The notes under the pieces: model-generated
Told to the model about the DNA's origin: nothing
Databases searched by the model: none
The model's input: the letters and a program-made list of their open reading frames with translations, nothing else
Source of the DNA: Octopus sinensis
Taxonomy: Eukaryota
Assembly: GCF_006345805.1 (NCBI RefSeq)
Contig: NW_021833120.1
Coordinates: forward strand, 31,033-95,032
DNA length: 64,000 bases
Direction: 5' to 3'
In this document: positions 13,200 to 26,657 of the stretch, one piece after another
How the letters are laid out: each line of letters starts with the position of its first letter
How positions within the stretch are numbered: position 1 is the first letter of the stretch
Made by a program: the position numbers and the translations under genes

Positions 13200-13421
13200 T
13201 TCCTATATTGGTTTCAAATTTTGGCAGAAGAGCAGCGATTCTCACCGAGGCGGTAAATCGATTACATTAGCTTTAGTGCTCAACTGGTACTTATTTTATC
13301 GATCCCGAACGGATGAAAGGCAAGGTCGATCCCGACTTTATTTGAATGTTTGAACGGAAATTTGGAAGAAATGCCGCTAAGCAGTTTTCCCGGTGCAGTA
13401 ACGATTCTGCCAGCTCACCGC
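13200..13421 (-). mobile_element. tRNA-derived SINE family B (head GGCGGTGAGCTGGCAGAATCGTTAGC)
   Basis: Reverse-complement head ends at 13421. Body TTTCATCC..TCGATAAAATAAGTACCAGTTGAGCAC is shared with 35570 and 50885-51528. Confidence 0.8.
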
Positions 13422-13773
13422 TTTTATATTCTAATATTATTCCATAGCTTGATTTAAGGGGAGCTAACTCGTGGAATCGCTAAAGTACTTCTTCCTGTTC
13501 GCTGGGTTGAGAGTTAAAATCTAGTCGATGTCTTTCATCCTTTCTCATATGAATAAAATGAAGCACGTCTCAGGTAATTAATCTATAAAGTCCCACATTT
13601 CGAAATTACTCCTCAAATCGGAAATAATTATCATTATTTATTAAGGACCTAGTACTGTTTCCCTCAATATGTACTGTTGGTGTCCTTGATGACGTCATCC
13701 TTCTAACTAGCGCTGGCCCTTTGAGGCATAAGTGGGATCAGTTGAACACGATGCGGTATATCTTTTGCTTTCT

Positions 13774-13990
13774 TTAACCTTTTAGCGTTCAGATTACTCT
13801 GTCAAATGTAATCCTTATTTATTCAAATTGTTTTGAATTAATCCCACATTATCTTATAGCTTTAATATTTCAATTGTTTGTTTGTATAATTTTAGAATGA
13901 CATTGTAGGGTAGGTGCGAGAGGTTGGATAAGGTCACTTTTAACAGAAGACAAGTAGAATCTTTGAGCCAAATATGACCGGATTAAATTT
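13774..13990 (+). mobile_element. Second copy of the TTAACC-ended MITE
   Basis: TTAACCTTTTAGCGTTCAGATTACTCTGTCAAATGTAAT...GACATTGTAGGGTAGGTG is homologous to 7600-7780. Confidence 0.65.
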
Positions 13991-14679
13991 CATCATATAT
14001 GTCCATAAGCATCTTAAACAACATCCGATCGGAAAACAAATTATATATTTTCTTGTGTTTTAGCTAGGTTCTAGCGAAGAACTAGACAAATGCAATCATA
14101 CTGACAAGCACTTATTAAAACACTCACCAGTTGCTGTTCGCAGACAGAGGAACAGTTCTGGCAGCGATAGAATTTCAATAAAATTTCTGTAACCTGTTCT
14201 GCTTTCCTTAGCATTTCAACAAAATTTCAATATCCATTGTTTGAAATTTCTCCAACAATCCCCCCAACCCCCACCCACCGCCGCTCTTTCAGAACAAAAA
14301 CATAAAGAATGTTAACTTGAAAGAGTTTATTTCGGATTTTCACGTCTTTCTGTTTTTGTTTTTTTCTTCTTCTTTTCTGTTTCTTTATATTCCACACTTA
14401 TTACTCTTCCTGAAGACAATTGCTTCACCAAGATAATAAGGGTGGTTTGTGAAAGACGTAAAGGGGAAGGATTCTTTTCCGAAACGACAGCGGAAATCAG
14501 AAGAACGATATTGGAGGATTCAGAATTTCTATAAAACATCAGAACAAGGTAAAACCTCAACATAAATATGATGCGATGCTGTTATTATGGACTGAAAAAG
14601 TCAAATGATATTTATCTTCGTAGTGGCTTACTCACTGAAATACAATATCACACAAAAGCTTCGCAGTAATTACGCATTA

Positions 14680-14681
14680 TC

Positions 14682-14735
<54 letters not shown>

Positions 14736-14763
14736 GTTATTATTATTGTTATTATTATTATTA

Positions 14764-14801
<38 letters not shown>

Positions 14802-14817
14802 GTTATTATTATTATTA

Positions 14818-14861
<44 letters not shown>

Positions 14862-14970
14862 GTTATTATTATTGTTATTATTATTATTATCCTTATTATT
14901 ATTATTATTATTATTATTATTGTTATTATTATTATTATCATTATTATTATTATTATTATTATTATTGTTG

Positions 14971-15007
<37 letters not shown>

Positions 15008-15032
15008 CATCATCATCATCATCATCATCATA
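14680..15032. repeat. (ATT)n/(ATC)n microsatellite with higher-order periodicity
   Basis: Direct reading of the sequence. Confidence 0.95.
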
Positions 15033-15639
15033 AACATGGCTACCATTATGAATCTTAGTTTGAATATAATTTCAAATTTTAAAGTATACAAAAGATTTAA
15101 AAATTTAAAGTACAACTGACTCGTTGTATAGTTTCAGGAAGCAGCACAAAGAATGCAAATTCTATTATGTTTTAGTTTAAATGGGAAAGCGTTATTACTA
15201 GAAATACCACGTGACTTTTTTTTCAACAATACAAAAGAAATAGATTGTTGGTATTTTGGTTGCAGAGTGAGGGAAAATGCAAATAGATAAGTGTTTACGT
15301 GATTGCATATATTCATAAGCATACGAAAATATAACATGTGTATATGAGTGTGTATATGTGTGCGTGTGTGTGTGTGTTTGCGTTTTTATAATGCATATAC
15401 AATATATATTCGATGTACATAGGTAATATATATGTATATGTACGTATATATATCGACATACATAATTACACATTGATATACATTATACTTTTGCAGGAAG
15501 AGTGATGAAAGTAACTTCGAAGTTTTGACCTCTTAGCCTTTATCAGACAGTCACTGCCACCTCTCTTCTTTTATGACTAACCCTTCAGCATAATGGTTTA
15601 ATATAACTCGGTATTTACTTCACCAATATATATATATAA

Positions 15640-15843
15640 CGTGACTGTGTGTGTATCGTTGGCGACTTTCTTTCTCCGTCTTCCCTTCCTTGGATCTTTC
15701 CCTTTCCTATGATTCTGACGAAGAGCTCCGTTCGAAGCGTCAAATCTTCCGTCTTTCTTTCATTTTCCGAGCGTCCAATAACACCATACTTGCTCCACGT
15801 CCTCGCGTTGTTGTGTTTTCTCTTTGTGTTTTCATGTTTAGAT

Positions 15844-15850
<7 letters not shown>
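15640..15850 (+). mobile_element. Penelope-type terminal-repeat remnant with a degenerate hammerhead motif
   Basis: GATT-CTGACGA-A-GAGC-TCC-GTTC-GAAG-CGTC-AAATC at 15711-15746, flanked by (TA)n. Confidence 0.4.
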
Positions 15851-15889
<39 letters not shown>

Positions 15890-16270
15890 ATATTAACTAT
15901 AATAAGGGTTAATTGCAACAAGTTGCTCAAAACCACATACCCGAAATATTAGAAATAGCAGCCAAATAGGTCACTATTTCTACTACTAGTAAAAAAGTCT
16001 CCACAAACAAACAGAATTTGTAACCCGTATATGGTAAAGAGAAAGAAGACAACGAAATCCCAGCCTATTGGATTAATTATAGACGAAATCGTTTCTGGAT
16101 TAGAACCGAAAGTTCATTTCCTTGTCAATATAATATTTCCTATAAATCTAGAAATGCTAGGAAAAAACTCACCCATTACACCAACTCGATCAGGCGACAT
16201 CGAACGATATAACGGTGCGCTAGCATCTCTACATTTATATAGACAGGCGAATTCGTATCTCCCTGAAATT

Positions 16271-16313
<43 letters not shown>

Positions 16314-16576
16314 ATGGACAAGAGAAACAACAACTAGAAGGACAGGCAAAACAAGAAGGGTCATTCGTGACTTTCTTTCCTCAGTCAAGTTCGAAAAGTC
16401 ATGACCATTTCGGGCAGTTACACTTGAGGTGGTTCGATCTGGTTGCCTCCCAAAAAGTCTAAGCTAAGAGCATTAGACCGCTTTGTAAGAAAGCTAGCGA
16501 AGGTGTACGGCAACAAAGACACACACATACCTTCGCGCGCGCACACACACATACCTTCGCGCGCGCACACACACAG

Positions 16577-16620
<44 letters not shown>

Positions 16621-16624
16621 GTGT

Positions 16625-16856
16625 ATATGTATATAAAATCTAAATTAGAGATAAAACCACTATTATACAACTCAAAGTGTGATAGCCATAAACCAAAACA
16701 TGAATAACAAATGAAAAATATTTTTATAAAACATATAACTAGATCTCAAAAGGTATAAAATTGAATGACCAATATATAATAAGTAAAGAAACTACGTACG
16801 TTTCATGGCTACAATTAAATTCGTATTACAATTAAATTTAAATTCAATTGAAATAA
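16625..16856 (-). mobile_element. Short element bearing the 3' half of a hammerhead (GAAACGTACGTA), homologous to 49980-50385
   Basis: Shares AATTGAATTTAAATT..CGAATT..TGAAACG..GTAGT, ATGTTTTGGTTTATG and TAATAGTGGTTTTATCTCTAATTTA with 50030-50372. Confidence 0.65.
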
Positions 16857-17084
16857 GCTAGCGAAGGTGTACGGCAACAAAGACACAAACATACCTTCGA
16901 GCGCGCACACACACACACACACACAGAGGCACACACAAAGTGTCTTCATGTATAGACACACACATGTATGTATATGCATGTGTATATGCGAGAGTGTGCG
17001 TGCGTGTGTTTACGTGTGTGTATGTGTATGTGCGTGCGTGTGTGTGTGTGAGTGTGCATGTATATATGTGACTTTGTGTTTATG

Positions 17085-17290
17085 TCCGTCCACCAACGCT
17101 TGACCGCCAGTGCTGGTTTATTTAAGTCTCCGTAACTTAGCTACTCGTCAATAAGAGAACGATAGAATAAGCGCTAGGGTTTCAAACGTAAGTACTGGGG
17201 CTGATTCTCTTGACTGAAAGCTTTGAAGGCGGTGCCCCAGCATGACCGCACTCCAATGACTGAAACAAGTAAGAGATAATAGATAAAAAG
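17085..17290 (+). mobile_element. SINE family A, 3' half
   Basis: CGTAACTTAG, GATAGAATAAG and AAGGCGGTGCCCCAGCATGACCGCA..AATGACTGAAACAAGTAA. Confidence 0.8.
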
Positions 17291-17814
17291 AAATATTTAT
17301 ATATATAGAAGTGTGTGTGTGCGTGCGAGTGTATGCGTATGTCTTCATGTATGTGTTTGTGTGCGAGTGTGTGTGTATCTTTATATGTGTGTGCGTGTGT
17401 GTGTGTGTGTGAGTGTATGTGTGTGTCTTCATGTGTGTGTGTGTGTATTTTGATGTGTCTGTGTCTGTGCGTGCACGAGCGTGTGTGTGCGTGTGTTCAT
17501 GTGTGTGTGTGTCTGTGTGTTTGTGTGTGCGTGTTTGTGTGCGTGTGTTTGTGTGTGTGTACGTGTGGATAGATAGAAGGATGAACGGTGAATGGGTGCG
17601 TGTGTCGATAGATAAATAAATGGGTTGGGAGATCGAGAAGGAAAGAAAAAAGCTCTTGTACACAGGACACGTACACACCTACGCACACACACACACACAC
17701 ACCACAACACTTTCTCTCTCTATCTCTATCTCTCTCTCTGTTACCCACAAACTTTATTTCTCTCTCACACATACACACGGACAAACGCACGCATAAATAC
17801 AGATAGATACGTAG

Positions 17815-17884
17815 ACAGGCAAGCAGAGAAACAGATAGATCGATAGATAAATAGATAGCTAAATAGATTGATGAATAGATAGAT

Positions 17885-17936
<52 letters not shown>

Positions 17937-18058
17937 ATACATATATACCTACATAGAGTGATAGATAGGTAGAGATAGATAAATACACACACACACACAC
18001 ACATGCACACATAGAGATCAGTAGATAGATTAATAGATTGATGAATAGATAGATAGAT

Positions 18059-18141
<83 letters not shown>

Positions 18142-18210
18142 AAGATAGATAGGCAGATAGATAAATAGATAGATAAATAGAGATAGATAGGTGATAGATA
18201 GATAGATTGC
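17815..18210. repeat. (GATA)n microsatellite
   Basis: Direct reading of the sequence. Confidence 0.95.
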
Positions 18211-19126
18211 TAGACTAAGAGATGGGGTCAGAATGACAAATAGAACGAGAAACAAATGCAAGAGAGACAGATAGATGTGTAGAGAGTGGGAAAGAAAAAT
18301 AAAAATAAAAATAAAAAGAGAGAGAGAGAGAGAGAGAGGGAATGAGAGTGTGTGGTGGGGGTGAAAGAGGGCGGACTACGCACAGAACGTCATGTTCAAA
18401 AAGACAATAGAAAACTGTGTGAAGCCAGGTTGTGAACAGTGGACCAATTAATTTCTCCTCCTCCTCCTCTCAATCTCTCCCTCTCCCTCTCTCTGTCTCT
18501 GTGTGTCTCTGTCTCTCTTTCTTCCTCCACTTAATTATCATGGTTAACAGGTCTTTTGGTACGTGTCTTTAAAACCAACACCACCAACAACAACAGCAAC
18601 AATAACAACAAACTATGACTTCGCCGCGGTTCAGGGCTATTTCAGTGAAGCCTCCATTTCCCAACATTTCTGTCTCTCGCACATTTTACTCACCGCCATT
18701 TTACCTTCTTCCCACACGTTATTATTCCTTCACTCTCTCTCTCTCTCTTGCCCTTTCTCTCTTTTGTTGTCTCGCTTTTCTTCTCTTTCTCTCTCCTTAA
18801 TTTCTTTCTCCCTTCTTCCGGCCCACATCCATCTACATTCCCACTATTTCTAGGATCCATTTCCACCCCACCTCTCCATATCTAGCTACTGCAGTCCTAA
18901 ATCAATCAATCAATAATAGATCGATATATATGCTTTTTTTCTGTATCCCTACGTTATCTTTATCTTTAACAATTTACCTACATTTACACATACACACACA
19001 CACAAGCACACACGCACACACTATTTGCAAGTACGTACGTAAACATACTATACACCGCATAAAAGAAAACATAAATTTATTCAACAGACATACATGCATG
19101 TATACAAGTATGTATGCATATGTGTA

Positions 19127-19178
<52 letters not shown>

Positions 19179-19544
19179 CTTGTGTGTGTGTGTGTGTGCG
19201 CGCACGAACGCATGCATATGTACATGCATAATGATTTTAAATTTGGGTATACACGTTGTAGTATGTCATTTGAAGCCTATTCTCTGAGAATTCTATTTTT
19301 TCTCTTATTTAAGCACACTCACACACACACGCGCATACAAATATTTTTGTGTGTGTTTATGTGTATGTGTATGTGTGTGTGTTTAAGTGTGTGTGTGTGT
19401 GTGTGTGCGCGCGAAGATAAAGGGGGCACAATAAACTGTGACACGTTATCACTCCAGTAGCCAGAGCAATACGAAGCGGGACATCAACCTCGGGTTAAGT
19501 AAGTGAATGGAATAGAAGCCAGATAAGAGAAACAAAAATAAACC

Positions 19545-19651
19545 TTTCTACTGAAAGCGCAAGTCCTGAAATTTTGAGGGGAGGGGACTAGTCGATGAAA
19601 TGCCGCTAAGTATTATGTCCGGCATGCTAACGATTCTGCCAGCTCACCGCC
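19545..19651 (-). mobile_element. SINE family B, internally deleted copy
   Basis: GCTAACGATTCTGCCAGCTCACCGCC (reverse-complement head) joined to tail sequence. Confidence 0.7.
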
Positions 19652-19994
19652 TTAGAGAAACAACAATAACAAGCAGAAAAGGCTTGTGATACTCAATGCG
19701 TTGTAGGAAATATACGCGTTTCGGCAAAATGTATTTATTGTAGGACACTAATGAGATATGAAACGTGGTTGCGCAATGTTACCACCAGTGTTATGTAATT
19801 ATCTTGGTCTTTCCGTGAAACACGTGTATGTCCTATAAAGCATTGACTAATAGAGCTGTTTTCTGCTTAATATTGTTATTTCTATATACATATGTATATT
19901 ACTATATATTAAGCTAAATTATATTATATACATATATATACAAACAAACGTACATACAGAGACGCGTGCAGGCACACACACAAACACGCACACA

Positions 19995-20049
<55 letters not shown>

Positions 20050-20050
<1 letters not shown>

Positions 20051-20280
20051 TTAAATTGGGATAAGAACGCAAAACATTTAGAAGACGATACAAAAAACAC
20101 GGACGAGACATTCGAAGCCTTCAATCTTCAGTCAAGAACCGGACCATCCTCGCAATTTACGCAACAGGCGACAACACGACATCCAGACAGTTAGATGATA
20201 CAAAAGGGACAAGAAAAAACAAGGACGGTCATTCGGAGTTTTCTTTCGTTAGTCGAGTTCCAGTTTCGGCTGGTTATACT
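20050..20280 (+). repeat. Unclassified interspersed repeat (family X), two partial subunits
   Basis: Homologous to the reverse complement of 4220-4390 and to 16330-16390 (AAAACAAG..GGTCATTCG..TTTCTTTC). Confidence 0.65.
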
Positions 20281-20285
20281 CGATG

Positions 20286-20322
<37 letters not shown>

Positions 20323-20354
20323 CGTATTTTTGCCATTTCAATATGGCTAACCCC

Positions 20355-20600
20355 TAAGGGTGGATGCTACTGTAGTTTTTAGCCCCAGGAGGACACACTC
20401 CTCCAGCTGGCCATAGACACACTATCTGTGTCCTGTCAGTATTTGCAAAGGGAAGTCATCCTTCCCGTCTTCAACTTATGATACACACGGACTCGAGTTT
20501 CGAGGTATTGACCTCTCGTCAGCGTGTGACAATCATAGTTGTCGCCGAGAATTAGATTTCCTTCGCAAATACTTATACTTTTTCCAGCGTCCACTGTCGC
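20355..20600 (+). repeat. Unclassified interspersed repeat (family Y), diverged copy at 52395-52600
   Basis: Shared blocks TACTGTAG, TAGCCCCA, CTCCAGCTGGC..TAGACAC and AGTATTTGCAAAGGGA in the same order. Confidence 0.7.
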
Positions 20601-20676
20601 TGATATTGAAAAAGTGAAATCAAACAATGATAAATATCAAAGTGAGTTATATACAGTAGCGGTAACACATCGTGAC

Positions 20677-20713
<37 letters not shown>

Positions 20714-22529
20714 ACTGACCGGGTGAATTCTGATGAGTATCCTAATTAGGATCAAAACTAGTCCAAGTCAATTTCTAATTTACACTCTACAGAAGCAATA
20801 ACAACAGTTATCTCCTATTTTTTTAAGTACAGGCTGAAAAAAAAATCCATACCTGCCTTTAATGAATTTATAATTATTGAATTGCGTAAGCAAGCAGCAA
20901 AGCTTCCAAAACTTTTTCGCATTCGCCTGTTTTAATGCTACTGCAATCTTTTTGTTGTTTGACATACAAGACGAGAGAAAAGCCATTCAGTTTCAATAAG
21001 AAATAAGTGACATCTTGACAAAGGTTTCTCTTGGTTTGTTTTCGTCCCCGCAATTTAGAATTTTTATAGGAATGTCCTTAAGAACAAGTTAATCTCTATT
21101 TTCTTTCTCGGAGTAAAGTGGTAGCTGTGTTCCTGCTTCAACAAGCGCCATTAAAACTACTTCTCTGCTTTCCTGGCGGCAAACATAAGTATTCAACTTT
21201 TACAAAAGACATTAGAAGATACAGATAGATTAAGATATGATGAAACGCTGATGAAACACTCTTCGATTACAGAGTGATCCCGCTCTTTCAAATAGGTTTT
21301 TACACTTGCTTAAATCAAATTAACAACTAGTTAATTAAATAAATAGTTAATTTCTTATGTTAAATTTTCTTCTTAATAGATCTGTGAACATCTATATATT
21401 ATATATATATATATATATATAACTTTTCTCCAATACTACATGAGTGTATGTAAATGTGTATGTTATTTCATTTGAGTAATAATTTTATATAACGTATATA
21501 TGATATTTATAAAATAATATGTATAATATGGAAGGTCGGCAATTGTCGGCTGATGCTAATGCACGGAAACAACTGTTGTGTATTGGATTGATGCCTGTTC
21601 ATACCATCTTGTATTATAAATTACTTGTATGTATGTATATATATTCATATATGTATACTATATACATGTATACACGCATATAGACATTTGTATATACTCA
21701 CATGTATATCTTATATTCCACACACACACACACACATACACATGCATATAATGATATTTGCTAATCCTTGATAATGTTATATACACTTGATTTCTTTGGG
21801 TATTTGTGTCTATGGCTGAGCACATATTCCGCCATTTGCAATTCATTGATGGCTGTGAAAAAGCGAACATTTCTTAATCCCATAAATATCTCTGTTAACC
21901 TAACATTAACTGGAGATGTCAGGTCATCCTCTCGCTCCGTTCACACACTATCAAATTGCTGCCACAAATATATATCGCCGACATAAGAATAATAAGACAG
22001 AACATAACTTTATTAAATGGTGCGGAAATAAAAATTCAAGAAAACAACACAAATAATCATTAAATAAAAAAAAAGAATAAAAGAATAACAAAACAAATAG
22101 AATAACGAACTTAAAAACCATAAACCCCACCACCACCGCCATCAACAACAACAACAATAAAACAACGACGACAACAACAACTATAACGAAATGCGAAAAA
22201 TACAAAAGAAAACATCTTCAAAATGGCGTCCACCCTTTCGGATTTTCTAATATATTTTCGAAGTGTATCTTTCACTTTTCGTTTTGTCTCATTTGTTTCG
22301 TTGATCAATTGGAAAGAGTCGAAGATGGCAGAATTATTTTCAATGTTTCACTCACTTACCGAAGTGTCTGCAAGAAAAATGAACCAATGAATGAAGAGAA
22401 GAACCACATGGAGATGTTCGCAAATGGAATCGTTTTTCTCGATCGTATCGACGAAATAATATATTTGCGAACGTGGCCATGTTGGCATAAGCGTGCTAGC
22501 GTGTATTTATGCTAACGGGTTTGTGTGTA

Positions 22530-22565
<36 letters not shown>

Positions 22566-22793
22566 TGTGTGTGTGTGTGTGTGTGTGCATGTGTGTGTAG
22601 AACATGCGCTGTGCTGTACGCCGATATTTTATCACCTGCAGAGCCGGAGATTTATGTCTGATTCAACATTCCAGTAGTTCGTTGTATCCGTCATTCACTC
22701 ATGAAAAGCATGGGAAAGGAAGTGATGTCATTATTCAAACGCTTGAAGGGTAGATATTACGAGCACACATACAAACACTCACGCGTACGCACG

Positions 22794-22826
<33 letters not shown>

Positions 22827-22999
22827 ACACACACACATACACATGCTCACACAGACCAACTGACTCTCTGTCGGTTTGACCACGAGCGTTTCAGTTGATC
22901 CGATCAGCGGAACAAACAGCCTAATCATGAAAATAACCTGCAACTGACTGAGTGCTCCACAGACAAATGAACCCTTAATGAAGTTTTCAGTGAAATTCA

Positions 23000-23165
23000 A
23001 CGTGACGCAGAATAGGACAAGGCTGGCCCTTTAAAATACAGGTACAACTCATTTTTGCCCGCTGAGTGGGCTGGAGCAACGTGGAGTAAAGTGTCTTGCT
23101 CAAGGACACAATGCACTGCCGGGAATTGAACTCACGACCATTTGATCGTGAGCAGAATAGTAACT
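23000..23165 (-). mobile_element. tRNA-derived SINE family C fragment
   Basis: Minus strand GGTCGTGAGTTCAATTCCCGG (B-box-like), followed by TGTGTCCTTGAGCAAGACACTTTACTCCACGTTGCTCCAG (V/CORE-like central domain). Confidence 0.6.
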
Positions 23166-23970
23166 GCGTGTGTGTAACTGCGTGTGTGTTATAATTAAAA
23201 TGTTTATGAATGAACATTGAAAACTAATTTGTCATACATAAAAGCAGAGACTACGACAACGTCCACTCATTGTGTGTTTCAGGCAAGACGTTGACCGCAA
23301 GGACCTTTAACTCTAAGAGCTTACGGTGGGTTCATATTGCCACCGCTTCGTCCAGTTGTATGAATGATATCCTCAAAATGCAAATCTCAGGTATGCTCAT
23401 GAGATTACGAATTTCGCTTCCCATCAAATACTATCAGGTTCGATTCTGCTGCATGGCGCAGTGGTCATGGGTTTATGAATTCCTTCACAACTTCAAATTA
23501 AACCACTTTCTGTGAGGAAATTTGTTGTCTGGATCTGTGATTGCTCGGATGGTTATGCAACTAATCCTGTTTCTCAGTATTAGATCTAATATGCCTCCAG
23601 GTGTGATGCTTCCTCCTGGACCTTCGGTTGCCTCTAGCTGAGTCCACTCCATTAGGAGGGTTTGGGGAAAGTTTCTGGCTTATGGTGAACTTGAAACTTT
23701 GGTGCACTGCAGTTCCTTCTATATGAACCCATGTATAGCAGATTCTCATTCTATTTCTGCCCACCAATCTTCAAAGAATTTTAAAGAATTTTTGACTAAG
23801 TAACAACATAGTCAAAAATAGCTAACTAAAAGGAATAAAAAAATCTAATATAACAGTAAAAGTGCGGAATTGAGGAGTTGGGAATTAAATGTTTTCAATG
23901 ATGGCAATTTTACAGCAAATAAGAGGGGCTAGAAGCAGTGATACTCCCCTAGTTTATCCATACATTAAAT

Positions 23971-24212
23971 CAGTGGTCCTCAATCGAGATCCATATGACC
24001 CTTAAGGGTCCATTTAAGAGTTTGTTATTAAATCGCTTATATTTCTACATTACACAAAATAGTTTAAAACTTTTTCATACAATTCCGAATAGTATTTCAT
24101 TATAAAGGCATCAGAAGATTGTTTTAAACATCGAATGGCGTTGGACGTCCAGTGGAATAAAGCAGGAAATAAAAACGGTCCGCAGACAAAAAATGGTTGA
24201 GAAAGACAGCAC
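23971..24212. mobile_element. Degenerate hAT (Charlie-type) MITE
   Basis: Left end CAGTGGTCCTCAA and right end TTGAGAAAGACAGC resemble CAGTGGTTCTCAA...TTGAGAACCACTG TIRs, about 240 bp apart. Confidence 0.4.
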
Positions 24213-24862
24213 TAAATTTCATCAACTTCTATCAACCATAGTTTCAAGCAAAAATGTTGGTCACCGAACCTTTTAGTGGCACAAATGGTGACGTAACTCA
24301 AGGCTTGCTAAGCATCCCGCCTTTCATGTATGTACAGGCATTTGAGAGCCATTCTTCCTGTTCGTTTAATTTTCATGAAATCATAGCACCAACAACTTAT
24401 TGAGCATTCTCAGTGATTACATATCTCGCTTAGTTGAAACAACTTGTCAGTAAATTTTGGCTGTGTAACAACATAAATACCTTTCTCGGACTTCCTCCTC
24501 CTCCTTCCTTCTTTTCTTTCCCTCTGGACTTTTTCTTCTTTCCGACGAAGAGCCATGTTCGAAACATCACTCCTATTTTTCTGTCAGAAACTGTAACATA
24601 TTCACTGTGTACGTCCAATTGACTTTTGCTGCTTTTCCTGTTTCTATTTTTTATTTTTTTTATTTGCTTATATGTGTGTGTGTGTGTATGTGTGTGTGTG
24701 TGTGTGTTTGTGTACAAGTATGTGTGTGTGTATAAGTATATATATATATATACACATACACTCATACATACATACATACATACATATAAAATTAGATAAA
24801 TACACATACACATAGATATACATATATACGTGCATACATGCACACATTCATTCACACACACA

Positions 24863-24896
<34 letters not shown>

Positions 24897-25484
24897 CATA
24901 CATGCATAAATGCATACATACATACATACATACGTACATACATAAATACATACATACATACACACATACATATACATACATACATACTACATACATACAT
25001 AATACATACATACATACATACATACATACATACATGCGTATATGTCCATGCACATCAGAATACATATATTTCAAAATATATGAACATAGTAAATTCATAT
25101 TTCGATGTTTTATTTTTGTTTTACTATTTTGTACATATTTAAAAAAAAAAATAAGTCACATACTCATAAGTATACAATATGCGCATTTATGTGTGCGGGT
25201 GTATGTGACCAGATGTTTAGTAGTAACCGATATTTAATAAGGCCAATGGCTAGTCAGATCAAAAAATAAATATATATAAGAAAGAGGAAACAACAAAAAA
25301 CCCAGCGGATTCTTGGAGGATTCTTCAAGAGCCACACACCAAAAGACAGACACTAACCTAATTTTTAATCAGATTCTAAATTTTCAATTTCCTGTATAAG
25401 TAATTAATTTAAAAACACGTTTATTATTCATCCGCTTTCACCAATTTCATTTTTTTTTTGCTGCTAATATTATTATTATTATTA

Positions 25485-25536
<52 letters not shown>

Positions 25537-25581
25537 GCTGCTGTTGTTGCAGTGATTGCTGTTACTCTTATTGTAAATGAA

Positions 25582-25647
<66 letters not shown>

Positions 25648-25990
25648 GCTGTTGTTGCAGTGATTGCTGTTACTCTTATTGTAACTGATGTGATTGTTGC
25701 TGTTGTAGTTGTTATCAATATTATTATGGTTCTCGTTATTCTTCTTCTTACCGTTGTCGTTGTTAATTGTGATTATTATTTTTGCTGTTGTTGTTGCTGT
25801 TGTTATTGTTGTTTGTTTTTGTTAATTTTCTTTATGGTCGTCGACCTGGGTCTTTATTTTTCTTAATTGTTTTTGATTGATTATGTTGTTGTTGTAATTT
25901 TTGATGTCGATGCTGTTTCATTATTTTTCATCTTTGCCAAAATACGAGAAATTAAATCCAATATTTTATTTGACTTTCATTAGTTGCTGA

Positions 25991-26035
<45 letters not shown>

Positions 26036-26415
26036 ACACATGCAAGCACAAGTGGTGAGGTGTACACACACGAAGCCACTCAAGCACATGCGCAGATGAG
26101 CACAAGCACACATGCAAACATACTGATATATGTGTGTCAGGATTTGTGAATTTGTATGCATGTATGAGTTGGGGAATAATTTACATATGTACGAAAAATA
26201 TTCATGCATACAAGTGAGCAAATATATATATGTGTGTATATATATATATATATATACATTATGCATACACACACACATATATATATGAATAATTTTATCT
26301 ATCTATAAACAGACACACCCTCACACACGTGTATATACGAACTCTATTCACGTTACTTAGTATTTATGTGTGTGTGTATAAGTATTAGGTATATTTGCCT
26401 ATATGCATGTATGTA

Positions 26416-26473
<58 letters not shown>

Positions 26474-26657
26474 ACTATCTAACTATCTATCTATCTAACT
26501 ATCTATCTATCTGTCGATACATATATGGATATATACAAATTTACTGTTAACAAAAGTCAGGTTGCGTGGCGTTCAGTTACAGAATAAATGAAAAATCCAT
26601 TAAATACTAAAAAACGCATTGGTAGAATGGAGAGCTTCCTTATGCAATTACAATTAC

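Noticed and set aside
20780-21180. Possible DNA-transposase fragment on the minus strand
   Set aside because: Translations show no motif I can assign to a family.
21238-21292. Hammerhead-like CTGATGA with a CACTCT/AGAGTG hairpin
   Set aside because: No GAAA follows the hairpin in the correct order, and no stem I can be formed.
23540-23760. RTE C-terminal remnant on the minus strand (RGNRRSRRKHHTWR)
   Set aside because: There is only one loose motif, too weak to list as a feature.
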